Positions 28,170 to 37,555 are shown, counted from the first letter of the stretch. The stretch: DNA of 64,000 nucleotides from an uncultured Verrucomicrobiae bacterium (GCA_963836755.1 CAWIKF010000003.1:35064-99063); one strand, 5' to 3'. Made by a program: numbers and translations. The notes: generated by a model from the letters alone, not told the origin.

Positions 28170-28199
28170 ACTCTATTTTTCTCCCCCGATGTCACGCAA
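28170..28199 (-). promoter_or_regulatory. Putative sigma70-type promoter of the act/cta cluster
   Basis: TTGCGT-N18-TAGAGT on the minus strand, about 85 bp upstream of the actA start. Confidence 0.45.
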
Positions 28200-28206
28200 G
28201 CGGATT

Positions 28207-28224
28207 TTGTGAAAAATTTCACAA
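28207..28224. promoter_or_regulatory. Palindromic operator matching the Rex box (also contains a CRP-family core)
   Basis: TTGTGAAAAATTTCACAA = TTGTGAA-N4-TTCACAA, in the intergenic region upstream of actA. Confidence 0.8.
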
Positions 28225-28329
28225 GCGTCTGCTGGTGGCTGGCTCGGGAAGAAATTCGCTTCAAGGCTTCGTCTTTTTCAACGTTGTTAAACATCCGCGC
28301 ACTCGCGCATCTGCGGGGGTGTTTCTTTG

Positions 28330-29727
28330 TCAAAGTTTGCCCCGCAGTTGCAACACAAAAAACCGGTTTTTGTTTTTGTCGGTCAATTCGCCGAGCACCC
28401 GCACTTCGCGCCATGCGGCGCGCAATTTCCGCATCGGCTCCGCGCGCGTGAAAAGAAACTCCGCGGACGCCGGCAACTCGTCATATTTCTGAAAGTAAAC
28501 ACACTGGGCACGCACGTAAAACAGCGCCGGAACGAGCCCCGGATCGAGCACGCATAGCGCTTCGCTGGCCGGCACCAACGCATTGATCCGCTCGCCGAGC
28601 GGCCGCACATCGTCATGCGCATTCACGCGCGGCACGATTGCGATGGCATAAATGATCATCGCCACGCCCGCCAAAATTCCTGCGCCGAGCGCCCATCGCC
28701 ACGCCCGGCGCGGGAAGCATTCGCGCAAAACCAGCGCGAGCAGAAGGCTCGCGGGCACCAGCAGCGGCAGCGTGTAGCGCGGCAACATTCCCGGAATGAA
28801 CAGCAGCCCGAAAAAACAAATCACGATCGGCCACCGCGCCGCGCGGATCATCGCCGCGTCCGGCTCGCGCAATTTCGCGAGCGCCTCGCGATTCCAGAGC
28901 AGCGGCAAAAACAAAAGCCACGGCAAAAAGTTGCACAGCCCGCGCGGCGGATTTTCCAGCCACGCACGGACATCGAAAGTGCCACCGCCGTTCACGCGCT
29001 CCTCCATCTGTTTTGTCCAGACGCCGGCCGCGTGCAGTTGCGCGGTCGCGTGAAAATACGGCACCGCCCACGCCGCGAAAATCGCGAGCATCAGCGCCAC
29101 TGCGCAAAAGTGCGGCAACCGCACGAGCTGCCGCAGCTCCTTTTTTTTCCACAAGACCGGCACGGCGACCGCGTAGAAAAAAAGCAGGTGCACGGGCCCT
29201 TTCGCGAGCATCCCGAGCCCGAGAAAAATAAACGGCACGAGCCACGTGAGCCACGCGGATCGGCTCTGCGCCTGCCACGCCAGCCAGCACGTGATCGCGA
29301 TGCCGTAGAGCGAAATGTAAATCGCCTCGATCTCCGCGAGCCTCCCTTTTTCCAGCAGCCCGAGATTTGTCATCATCAAAAGCGCGGCGATCACCGCGGT
29401 CTCGCGGCCGAGCCATGCTTCGCCCACCGCGACTGTTGTTAAAACAAGCACCAGCACTGCGAGCACCGATGGAAGCCGCGCCGTCCATTCGTTGCGGACG
29501 CGGAAAAGTTTGATCGAGAGCGCGATTGCCCAGTTCACCAGCGGCGGCTTGCGCAGATACGGCCGACCGAAAAGATGCGGCACCAGCCAGTCGCCGCTCG
29601 CCAGCATTTCCACGCCGGGCAAAATCCGGCGCGGCTCCTCGCCCTTGATTTCCGTGGAGCCGAGCCCCGGCAAAAAAATCGCCGCCCAGATCGCGGTGAC
29701 CAACAGCAGGGCTTGCACGCGGCTCAT
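28330..29727 (-). CDS. ArnT/PMT-family (GT-C) membrane glycosyltransferase
   Basis: GEEPRR, YLRKPPL, EWTARLPS, LAKGP and PRYTLP motifs; start placed at ATG 29727. Confidence 0.82.
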   Translation of the reverse strand: MSRVQALLLVTAIWAAIFLPGLGSTEIKGEEPRRILPGVEMLASGDWLVPHLFGRPYLRKPPLVNWAIALSIKLFRVRNEWTARLPSVLAVLVLVLTTVAVGEAWLGRETAVIAALLMMTNLGLLEKGRLAEIEAIYISLYGIAITCWLAWQAQSRSAWLTWLVPFIFLGLGMLAKGPVHLLFFYAVAVPVLWKKKELRQLVRLPHFCAVALMLAIFAAWAVPYFHATAQLHAAGVWTKQMEERVNGGGTFDVRAWLENPPRGLCNFLPWLLFLPLLWNREALAKLREPDAAMIRAARWPIVICFFGLLFIPGMLPRYTLPLLVPASLLLALVLRECFPRRAWRWALGAGILAGVAMIIYAIAIVPRVNAHDDVRPLGERINALVPASEALCVLDPGLVPALFYVRAQCVYFQKYDELPASAEFLFTRAEPMRKLRAAWREVRVLGELTDKNKNRFFVLQLRGKL

Positions 29728-29834
29728 TCCGCTTGTTAATGGCCGCGCGATTTTGCGTCCAGCCAGTTTTCGCAATTCGGCGCGCGCGCGAAAAAGTCTC
29801 GGTGCAGCCGCCTAAACTTGCTAGATTGCCACGC

Positions 29835-30782
29835 GTGACCAGAATCCTGAAGACCGCGATTCCCGTCCTCCTCGCCGCGCTTTCGCTCCGCGCGCCGCGT
29901 TCACTCGCAAAAGAAAATGCGCCTTGGACGGAACGCGGCGTCCACGATGCCGACGTCCACGGAACGCTTTTCGTCCATCCCGGCGCGCCGCGACCGGCGA
30001 TGCTTGTCCTTGGCGGCGGCCCCGATGGCCACACCACGCCGCGCACCTCCGCCATGCATCTCGCCGATCTCGGATACAACGTTTTCACCCTCGCCTACTC
30101 GACCCGCGCCGGGAAAAAACATCTCGACCACGTCCCGCTCGAGACTTTTCTCCATGCGCTCGATTGGCTCCATCGGCAGACTTTCACCGGCACGGAAACC
30201 ATCGGCATGCTCGGTTGCTCAAAAGACAGCGAAGCCGCGCTGCTCACCGCCTGCCTGCGCGATGACATCGCGGTCGTGATCGCCTACTCGCCGTCGCACG
30301 TCGTCTGGGAATGCCGCTGCGACGGCCACGGCCCCGCCGGCTCCTCGTGGACATGGCACGGGCAGGACCTTCCGTTCATTCCTTACAAGCGAATGGTCCC
30401 GATCCACGCCGGCTTCGCGGACGGCTGGAACTGCGAGCGCGACCTCTGCCTCGGCAGCCTCCACGCCGCTTCTGCCGACATCGTTGCGCGCGCCGAGATC
30501 CCGGTGGAAAAAATCCACGCGCCGCTGCTTCTCCTTTCCGGTGGCGCGGATACCGTCGCCCCCGCGCTCGACTGCGCCCACGCGATCGCCGCGCGGCTCG
30601 AGAAAGAGCGGAGCCGGATCGCCTTTAAAAGCGTCATCTACCCGCAAGCCGGTCACAGCTTCATCGAAGGCACCAGCGACGGCGGCGGCACCGACCCTGC
30701 CAACCGCGCCGCGGAAAAAGAGTCCATGCATGAGCTGGAAAAGTTCCTCGCCGAGAAATTCCCGCTGGCCGTCGTGAAATGA
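29835..30782 (+). CDS. BAAT/acyl-CoA thioester hydrolase-like alpha/beta hydrolase, possibly secreted
   Basis: LVLGGG, GCSKDSEAAL (nucleophile elbow), IPVEKI, LLLSGGAD and YPQAGH motifs; GTG start inferred. Confidence 0.78.
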   Translation: MTRILKTAIPVLLAALSLRAPRSLAKENAPWTERGVHDADVHGTLFVHPGAPRPAMLVLGGGPDGHTTPRTSAMHLADLGYNVFTLAYSTRAGKKHLDHVPLETFLHALDWLHRQTFTGTETIGMLGCSKDSEAALLTACLRDDIAVVIAYSPSHVVWECRCDGHGPAGSSWTWHGQDLPFIPYKRMVPIHAGFADGWNCERDLCLGSLHAASADIVARAEIPVEKIHAPLLLLSGGADTVAPALDCAHAIAARLEKERSRIAFKSVIYPQAGHSFIEGTSDGGGTDPANRAAEKESMHELEKFLAEKFPLAVVK

Positions 30783-30816
30783 GGCACAACTTTGACCTCA
30801 ATAGAGTAAAGCCACT

Positions 30817-31047
30817 GAGATTTTGAAAATCTCAACGGTTCTTCCCGAGATCTCAGTGAAGATTCCAGAGATCTTCGTGAAGATCTCAAAAGAGATCACG
30901 GTTCTTCTGCAAATCCTCACGAGGATTCTTAGAATCTCCCTGGAGACGCCCGAACCCTTCCTCAAGCCTCTGACGATCATCATGGTCCTTTTGCAAATCT
31001 TGGCGAAGATTTCCAGCACCTTCATGAAGGTCGCCAGAATCTTCATG
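30817..31047. repeat. Degenerate tandem array of 11 x 21-bp quasi-palindromic units
   Basis: Ungapped 21-nt register, e.g. aagattccagagatcttcgtg, aggattcttagaatctccctg, aaggtcgccagaatcttcatg; consensus about AAGATT-N6-ATCTTC-NTG. Confidence 0.7.
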
Positions 31048-31211
31048 ATCCATCCGCGATATCAGGGCAGATTCCAGAAATCTTCGGCCTGCCAGCCGCA
31101 GTCTTGGGGCAGCTTTTCGGAATCGTCCCCGCGACAGCAGCAATCCTTCGGCAGATTTTTGTTAAAGGCCCACGCAGTTTCTCTTTTTTGCGGCTTCCGC
31201 GCGGCATGCGA

Positions 31212-31634
31212 ATGAAGACGTGGGTTATCTGCGCGTTGGGCTCAATGTTTTTCGCCGGCTTTACCTCGGTGATCGCGAAGCTCGGCTTGACGGGGATATC
31301 GAGCGATCTGGGTCTGGCGATTCGCACCTGTTTCGTCTTTGTGTTCGTGCTTACCCTTGCGGCATTCACTGTTCCCGGCAGCCAGCTTTCTTCGCTCAAT
31401 CGCACGAACTTTTTCTGGCTCGGCTTGTCGGCTGTCACGACGACGCTTTCGTGGGTGCTTTATTATAAGGCGATCAAGGACGGATCGGTCTCGACGGTGG
31501 CGATCATTGATAAGGGGAGCGTCGTGGTGGCGGTGATCCTCGCGGCGTTCATCTTGAAGGAGCAGATTACCTTGCGGACAATCATCGGTGCGGCGCTGAT
31601 GGCGGCAGGTCTTGTTTTCATCGCCCGCAAATGA
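31212..31634 (+). CDS. EamA/DMT family transporter (single domain)
   Basis: AKLGL, YYKAIKDG.VS.VA.IDK.SVV and ILKEQIT motifs; 140 aa, hydrophobic. Confidence 0.88.
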   Translation: MKTWVICALGSMFFAGFTSVIAKLGLTGISSDLGLAIRTCFVFVFVLTLAAFTVPGSQLSSLNRTNFFWLGLSAVTTTLSWVLYYKAIKDGSVSTVAIIDKGSVVVAVILAAFILKEQITLRTIIGAALMAAGLVFIARK

Positions 31635-31690
31635 TCGCGCATTCTTGAGGGATTGAGGTTTCCGCGAATCAACCGCACTCTGACGCGGCT

Positions 31691-34096
31691 ATGATGATTC
31701 CCTCGCTGCCTGCCTGTCTCATCTTTCTTTCTCTTTTCACCATCTGCCGCGGTGCCGAGAGCGATGAGGCTGCCAAAGTTGACGCGCTGATCGCGAAGAT
31801 GACGCCGGAGGAGAAGGCGGCGCAACTGCAGAGTGTCCAATTTAAGGACTTCCTCGATGGCGAAAAACTCTCCCTTGAGAAATGCCAGCAGAAGATGCCG
31901 CACGGGGTCGGAGAAGTATGCGCGTTTGCCTACACGAATGGCTTGCCAGCGGCGCAAGTGCGCGGGCTTTTGAATGAGCTGCAAAATTTCCTGCGGTCGA
32001 AGACGCGGCTGGGCATCCCGGCCATCCCGCACGAGGAAAACATTACCGGCCTCCCCTCGCCCGGCGCGACGACTTACCCGCAGATGATCGGCATGGGCTG
32101 CACGTGGGATCCCGATTTGCTGAAGGAGAATGCAGACGCGACGCGCAAGGCAATGCGCTGGATCGGCGGACGGCAGGCGCTTTCGCCCGTGCTTGATGTG
32201 CATGATAACGCGCATTGGGGTCGCATCGAGGAGGCTTTCGGCGAGGAACCGTATGTGACCAGCACGATGGGACTGGCGTTTGTGCAGGGGATTCAGGGAA
32301 AGGATTTGCGGGAGGGAATTGCAGCGACGGCGAAGCATTTCTGCGGTTACGGCGGCGATACGACGAACATGGCGCATTTCCGCGATGAGACTTTGATGCC
32401 AGACGAGGTGGCGATTCGGGTGGGTCACATCGCTGCGGTGATGCCGGCTTACAGCTTGTTCCAAAACGTCCCCTGCTCGGCGTCGGAGTTTTTACTCGGC
32501 GATATTCTGCGCAAGGAACTCGGCTTCACCGGCGTGACGGTTTCCGATTACTACGCGATCAAGGAGGTTCAATCCAAATACAAGTATGCGGCGACGCCCG
32601 AGGAGACGGCGCTTGATTGTCTGAAAGCTGGCACCGACGTGGACCTGCCGATTGGCGAAACCTACAGCATGCTTCCAAAGGCGATGGCGGATGGAACGGT
32701 GCGGACGAATTTAGTCGATCGGGCAGTGCGTGATATGTTGATGCTGAAATTCAAACTCGGCCTAATGGACCCGCCGGCAGTGCAGGCGCAAGAGGCAAAC
32801 GCGAGCTACGACCTCGACCCGTCGGAGAATCGCGAGCGGGCGTATCGGGCCGCGTGCGAGTCGCTGGTGCTGTTGAAAAATGACCGCAAAGTTCTGCCGC
32901 TCTCGAAGGAGATTCACTCCATCGCCGTCGTGGGGCCGAACGCCGAATCGTATTACTCGCTGCTCGGCGATTACACCGGCCAGATGCTGGCCGAGTTCTG
33001 GGTGCGCCATCACTTTGACCCGAACTCGCCAAAGCTGATCACGCTGCTGGCGGGGCTGAAGGATCGGGTGGGAGCCGACGTCAAAGTTTGGTATGCGCGC
33101 GGTTGCGACTGGAGTAATCCGTTGGAAAAAGTCGGAGTCCCCGCCAACCAGGCGGCAGACCTCCGAGCAGCCAAGGCGCAGCGGGTGCCGATGGAAGCCA
33201 TCCCGACTACGAACCCGACGGAGGCGGTAAAGCTCGCCGCCCAAAGCGATGTCATCGTCGCGGCGATGGGGGAAAACCGTTACCTCTGCGGCGAGACAAA
33301 GGACCGCGCGGATGTGCGGCTGCCCGGCGATCAGGAGAAATTTGTCCAGCAATTGATCGCGACCGGCAAGCCGGTGATCCTCGTGGTCTTCGGCGGAAGG
33401 CCGATGGTTCTAACGAACGTGGCGGCTGGCTGCCGTGCGATCGTCTATGCATGGTATCCCGGCGAGGATGGCGGGCACGCCGTCGCCGATCTCCTGCTCG
33501 GTCGGATCAATCCTTCCGGCAAGCTCACGATCACATTGCCGCGCAGCAACGAGCAAATCCCGATCTCCTATCGCGCCGGTTACTCGGAAAAAGAGATGCC
33601 GCTTTATCCATTTGGCCACGGCCTTTCCTATACAACCTACAACTACTCAAAGCTGCAGGCGCCAACTACGGCAAAGACGACCGATGCAGAGTTTCCGATT
33701 CAGTTTGAGGTAACCAACACTGGTGCGAAGGAAGGTGTGGAGATCAGCCAACTTTATTTCGCGCCGGTGAACCCCGCGCCCGGACAAAGACCGATCGAGC
33801 TAAAGGGCTACGGCCGCTTCAGCCTAAAGCCGAACGAGACGAAAACGATCACGATCAGCGTCTCGCCCCAGCAGCTCGCCCAGCAGCTCGCGCGGCACGA
33901 TGACGCGGGTAAGCTGACGCTCGCGCCGTGCATCTATGAGGTCCTCGTAGGTGCCTCATCCACTGACATCCGCTTGCGCGCAAAGTTTGATCTCATCGGT
34001 GAACCCGTGACGCTGCCGCACCGTGAGCAATTCTTCTCCCGTTCGAAAATGGTGAATATCTACACCTTCAGCGAGCCGCGGAAGCCTCTGCCTTGA
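31691..34096 (+). CDS. Glycoside hydrolase family 3 (beta-glucosidase/xylosidase), secreted
   Basis: Signal peptide; MTPEEK, WGRIEEAFGEEP, KHF, VSDY, SLVLLKN, PLYPFGHGLSYT motifs and an Fn3-like C-terminus. Confidence 0.93.
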   Translation: MMIPSLPACLIFLSLFTICRGAESDEAAKVDALIAKMTPEEKAAQLQSVQFKDFLDGEKLSLEKCQQKMPHGVGEVCAFAYTNGLPAAQVRGLLNELQNFLRSKTRLGIPAIPHEENITGLPSPGATTYPQMIGMGCTWDPDLLKENADATRKAMRWIGGRQALSPVLDVHDNAHWGRIEEAFGEEPYVTSTMGLAFVQGIQGKDLREGIAATAKHFCGYGGDTTNMAHFRDETLMPDEVAIRVGHIAAVMPAYSLFQNVPCSASEFLLGDILRKELGFTGVTVSDYYAIKEVQSKYKYAATPEETALDCLKAGTDVDLPIGETYSMLPKAMADGTVRTNLVDRAVRDMLMLKFKLGLMDPPAVQAQEANASYDLDPSENRERAYRAACESLVLLKNDRKVLPLSKEIHSIAVVGPNAESYYSLLGDYTGQMLAEFWVRHHFDPNSPKLITLLAGLKDRVGADVKVWYARGCDWSNPLEKVGVPANQAADLRAAKAQRVPMEAIPTTNPTEAVKLAAQSDVIVAAMGENRYLCGETKDRADVRLPGDQEKFVQQLIATGKPVILVVFGGRPMVLTNVAAGCRAIVYAWYPGEDGGHAVADLLLGRINPSGKLTITLPRSNEQIPISYRAGYSEKEMPLYPFGHGLSYTTYNYSKLQAPTTAKTTDAEFPIQFEVTNTGAKEGVEISQLYFAPVNPAPGQRPIELKGYGRFSLKPNETKTITISVSPQQLAQQLARHDDAGKLTLAPCIYEVLVGASSTDIRLRAKFDLIGEPVTLPHREQFFSRSKMVNIYTFSEPRKPLP

Positions 34097-34617
34097 TAGT
34101 AGGATTCCGCGCCGTTGCAGCCGATGAAAATGCGGTGGTAACGGCTTTCGCCGTAAAGTGCGCCGCCGAGTTTGCGCATCTCGTCCGGAGTTTTGATCCA
34201 GCTCGATCTCTTCGTGTCGAACTCGCCGAGCTTTTGCAGCGCGAAGTATTCCTCTTCGGTGAGCATTTCGATGCCCATGGCTGCAGCCATCTCGATGGCG
34301 CTGCCTTTCGGTTTGTTTTCTTTTCGAGCGTCGAGCGCGCCCCGATCATAGCAAAGGCTGCCGCGACCGGCGGGAGTTTGCTCCGAGCAATCGAAGAAGA
34401 TGATCTCGCCGCTCTTTGCATCGTGGCCGACCACATCGGGTTCGCCGCCGGTTCTTTCCATCTCGTGCAGCGACCAAAGTTTTGGTGGATTGGCTTGGAG
34501 CCGTGTTTGAACTTTCACCCAATCGAGACCTTGACGCCGGTTTTTGTTTTTTTCAAAACGCTCCTGCAAGGTCTTCAGCAGTTCGTCACGTTCCTTCGCG
34601 GACAAGGTTTTTTTCAT
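34060..34617 (-). CDS. DUF4256 family protein
   Basis: LWSLHEMERTGGEPDVV, SLCYD, QKLGEFD and NGAESYY..RGFRG motifs; start at ATG 34617. Confidence 0.82.
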   Translation of the reverse strand: MKKTLSAKERDELLKTLQERFEKNKNRRQGLDWVKVQTRLQANPPKLWSLHEMERTGGEPDVVGHDAKSGEIIFFDCSEQTPAGRGSLCYDRGALDARKENKPKGSAIEMAAAMGIEMLTEEEYFALQKLGEFDTKRSSWIKTPDEMRKLGGALYGESRYHRIFIGCNGAESYYQGRGFRGSLKV

Positions 34618-34634
34618 CGCTAGCTCTTTCACGG

Positions 34635-35516
34635 CTAAGTCTGCATCGGAATCTGCCGGCTGTGCAATGGCGGAAGATCGGCTGAGGCGGAGCGAACCGG
34701 GAGGGTGTCGCCCGCTTTTTTCACCTGCCAGAATTCCCGTGCGATCTGGCCATCCTGCACCTTGCACAAGAAATAACCTTTCTCCGGCGTGCCGTCGTTG
34801 TTGGGCCGCCACCAGGAGCAGCAGCGATTTGTTACCACCGGCGCGTCGTCGAACGCGCGCTTCGTGAAGCCGTGCCAGTGGCCGTTGAAAACCGCCCGCA
34901 GATCGTGCCCGCGAAAGCGCTCCAGCACTTGCGGCGCGTTGCGCGGGCGACACCAGACGCCGCTTCCCATCGGAAAATGTGTCAGCAAAACCGTCGGCTT
35001 TTTTTTGTCGAGACCCGCGAGGTTTTCGTCGAGCCATGTGAGCGTGGACGGCGCGACTTTCGTGTAAAACACCTGTTGTCCCTGTGTCGTGTCGAGCGCG
35101 ACGAACTGCCAGCCGCGATGCTCGAAATGATAGTTGATGCTGTTCGGAAAAAACTCCCCGAATGCCCGTCGATCCTTGTCTGCAGCGTGATCGTGATTGC
35201 CGATCGTCGCGAAAAGCTGAACGTGCAGCCCGCGAAAGATTTCCCGCACGGCGTCAAACTGCGCAGCGGTAGCGTTTTCCGTCAGGTCGCCATTCAGCAC
35301 GCCAAAGTCCACGCGGTGCGTGCGCATGCCGCGCACGACGCCTTCCAGCCAATCGCCGCAGCGCGCGTCGCGGTAGTGCAAATCATTGACGACGATAAAG
35401 GAAAAGTCGGCAGTATTTTGACGCGCCAAAGTTTTCGCTGCGAGGCCGAACCCGAGCGCTCCGCCCACAGCAGTGCGGAACATTTCGCGCCGCGTGAAAA
35501 GCCGGCTGTCACTCAT
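34635..35516 (-). CDS. Calcineurin-like metallophosphoesterase with Tat-like signal
   Basis: TRREMF, DLH, NGDL, GNHD, THFP and GHWH motifs; ATGA overlap with the YihY gene. Confidence 0.88.
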   Translation of the reverse strand: MSDSRLFTRREMFRTAVGGALGFGLAAKTLARQNTADFSFIVVNDLHYRDARCGDWLEGVVRGMRTHRVDFGVLNGDLTENATAAQFDAVREIFRGLHVQLFATIGNHDHAADKDRRAFGEFFPNSINYHFEHRGWQFVALDTTQGQQVFYTKVAPSTLTWLDENLAGLDKKKPTVLLTHFPMGSGVWCRPRNAPQVLERFRGHDLRAVFNGHWHGFTKRAFDDAPVVTNRCCSWWRPNNDGTPEKGYFLCKVQDGQIAREFWQVKKAGDTLPVRSASADLPPLHSRQIPMQT

Positions 35517-36355
35517 GCAGCGCCCGCAGTGCCGCTGCGCGTGCCGTGAGTTTTCGAATAGACGTGAGTAAACTCCGCGCCGAAAAGCAGGATCATCGAC
35601 GAATAGTAGATCCAAAGCAGCACAACGACCAAGGATCCCATCGCGCCGTAGCTCGACATGATGGCGCCTTTGCCGAGGTAGAGGCCGATGCCGAACTTCC
35701 CAATGCTGAAAAGCACTGCCGTGGCGAATGCGCCAATCCAAACGTCGCGCCACGCGATCGCGGCATCTGGGAGGATTTTAAAAATCATCGCGAAAAGGAC
35801 AGTAATGATGACGATGGATAGAAGAAGGTTTAGCAAGTGCGCGATCAAGTCGAATCCCGGGATTTTGATGAATCCGCTGGCGGCGGATATCGCGGCCGAG
35901 ATGACTAGCGAGACTAGCAGCAAAAATCCGAAAGTCAGGATCATGGAGAAGGAGAGGAAGCGATTTTTGATCATGAGCCAAATACCGCTCGCGGCGGAGG
36001 CGGGCACTTTCCAGATGGTATTGAGCGAGTCCTGCAGCTCGCCGAAGACGCCCGACGCGCCGAACAGGAGCGTGATGAGGCCGATGATGACTGCGATGAT
36101 GCCCTGACGCGGTCGATTGGCGCTCTCGACCATCGTCTGGATTGCGACCGCACCGCCGGCTCCGACGAGGTCCCGCAATTGCGCGGAGATTTGTTCGGTT
36201 GCGCCTTTCTGCCCGAGCACCAATGCGACGATCGCGATGGTGATAACAAGAAGCGGAGCTATCGAAAAGATCGTGTAGTAGGCAAGCGCGGCTGCCATCC
36301 TAGGCGCCTTGTCGCTGCTAAACGCAGCAACGGTGTCCTTGAGCATCTTGAGCAT
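35513..36355 (-). CDS. YihY/virulence factor BrkB family membrane protein
   Basis: MAAALAYYTIFSIAP, LQDSLNTIW and YGAMGSLVVVLLWIYYS..ILLFGAE motifs. Confidence 0.92.
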   Translation of the reverse strand: MLKMLKDTVAAFSSDKAPRMAAALAYYTIFSIAPLLVITIAIVALVLGQKGATEQISAQLRDLVGAGGAVAIQTMVESANRPRQGIIAVIIGLITLLFGASGVFGELQDSLNTIWKVPASAASGIWLMIKNRFLSFSMILTFGFLLLVSLVISAAISAASGFIKIPGFDLIAHLLNLLLSIVIITVLFAMIFKILPDAAIAWRDVWIGAFATAVLFSIGKFGIGLYLGKGAIMSSYGAMGSLVVVLLWIYYSSMILLFGAEFTHVYSKTHGTRSGTAGAA

Positions 36356-36401
36356 GCCTTAAAAGTAGCCGAGCGCGGCGCTCGTGGAGTCAAACGAGCT
36401 A

Positions 36402-36830
36402 CTACTGATGGTCATGATCCTGACCGTGATCCTGATCATGGTTGTGATCTTGATCATGATCGTCGTGCTTCTTCTTTTTCCGATTCACCGGCTGCGCTTG
36501 AGTTTGCGTGGTCACATGAGTCTGCACTTGCGCGTTCGTAGATTGATGAACGTAGTTGTGCTGATTGCGATCGTCGTTGGACCTGTCGTGGTGGTCATTG
36601 TCATGATTGCCGTAATCGTGGTGGTCGTAGTCGTGATGGTCGTAATCATGGTGATCACGGTCGCCATATCCTCGGTCTTCTTCATGAACTACCACGGTAT
36701 CTCTTCCATACCTTGGACCTCCATCATAGTAGGCCGGGTGGCGGTGGTAGTCGTTCCCATCCTCGGCAATACAGCCGGCGAGAAATGCGGTAGCAGTAGA
36801 AAGTGCGGTCAGCTTGAGGAGAGTATTCAT
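36402..36830 (-). CDS. His/Asp-rich low-complexity lipoprotein
   Basis: Signal peptide with lipobox LAGC; three DHHDY repeats and a C-terminal HDQDHx repeat tract. Confidence 0.7.
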   Translation of the reverse strand: MNTLLKLTALSTATAFLAGCIAEDGNDYHRHPAYYDGGPRYGRDTVVVHEEDRGYGDRDHHDYDHHDYDHHDYGNHDNDHHDRSNDDRNQHNYVHQSTNAQVQTHVTTQTQAQPVNRKKKKHDDHDQDHNHDQDHGQDHDHQ

Positions 36831-36948
36831 TTCTCATCCTATCGCACCTCGTATCGGCAGTGGCCCCAAGAAATTTCGTCGAGGTTACACGGCTAGCTCA
36901 AAAAATTGAACGACCGCCTTTGAACCGACATGCGAAATACGGTCATCT

Positions 36949-37500
36949 ATGAAAAACATCCATAACCATTTCGCTCGCAAAACCGCTTTGGGCCTTGCCG
37001 CAACGGCCACATCGATACTCGTGTGCCAGGCGTGCACGCTTTGGGGAGCTGAAAAGTCCGCGCCTTCTGCTGCGGCTAAAACATTCGTAACCAATGCCGC
37101 CGAAGGAGGTCACGATGAAGTCCGCGCTGGCGAGTTGGCGCAGAAGCAATCAAAGAACCAGGACGTAAAGAGCTTCGGCGAAATGCTTGTGCACGATCAT
37201 GAGAAGGCCAATGCGGAACTCAAAGAGATTGCGACAGCACAAGGCATCGAAGTTCCGGCCGAACCTAGCCTGATGCAGCAAGGTGAGCTGAAGCTCCTCG
37301 GGCTGAAGAGCGGCGACTCCTTTGACAAAGCATTCGTAGATCAGGAGGTCAAGGACCATAAGACGACCATTGCGATGTTCGAAAAGGCGTCGAAGGATAT
37401 CGACGACGCAAAGCTTCAGGCTTTCGCGAAGAAAACCATCCCTCACTTGAAGCATCACCTCGAGGCGGCGGAGAAACTGCAGAGCAAGATCGGCAAGTAG
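36949..37500 (+). CDS. DUF4142 (ferritin-like) exported protein
   Basis: FVTNAAEGG..EV, DHEKAN.EL, FDKAF...VKDH and PHLKHHLE motifs. Confidence 0.88.
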   Translation: MKNIHNHFARKTALGLAATATSILVCQACTLWGAEKSAPSAAAKTFVTNAAEGGHDEVRAGELAQKQSKNQDVKSFGEMLVHDHEKANAELKEIATAQGIEVPAEPSLMQQGELKLLGLKSGDSFDKAFVDQEVKDHKTTIAMFEKASKDIDDAKLQAFAKKTIPHLKHHLEAAEKLQSKIGK

Positions 37501-37555
37501 TCTCCGCTACTTCGGCGACTATTCAACATTACGAAAAGACCTACACCGAACAGCT

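Noticed and set aside
28111..28195. Long leader hairpin or riboswitch (GTGACAT...ATGTCAC) upstream of actA
   Set aside because: Pairing is imperfect, one arm lies in the candidate promoter spacer and would not be transcribed, and no riboswitch motif is recognisable.
30817..31047. CRISPR array
   Set aside because: No identical repeats with unique spacers, the period is only 21 nt, and there are no cas genes.
30798..31215. Ile-rich ORFs on both strands as real genes
   Set aside because: They are explained by the symmetric 21-bp repeat, and no family motif is recognisable.
36384..36896. Val/Ile/Met-rich plus-strand ORF
   Set aside because: It is the antisense shadow of the His/Asp repeats; the minus-strand ORF has a proper lipoprotein signal.
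36921..36946. ECF-sigma promoter TGAACC-N15-GTCAT before DUF4142
   Set aside because: A single short match very close to the ATG, not clearly repeated at neighbouring stress genes.
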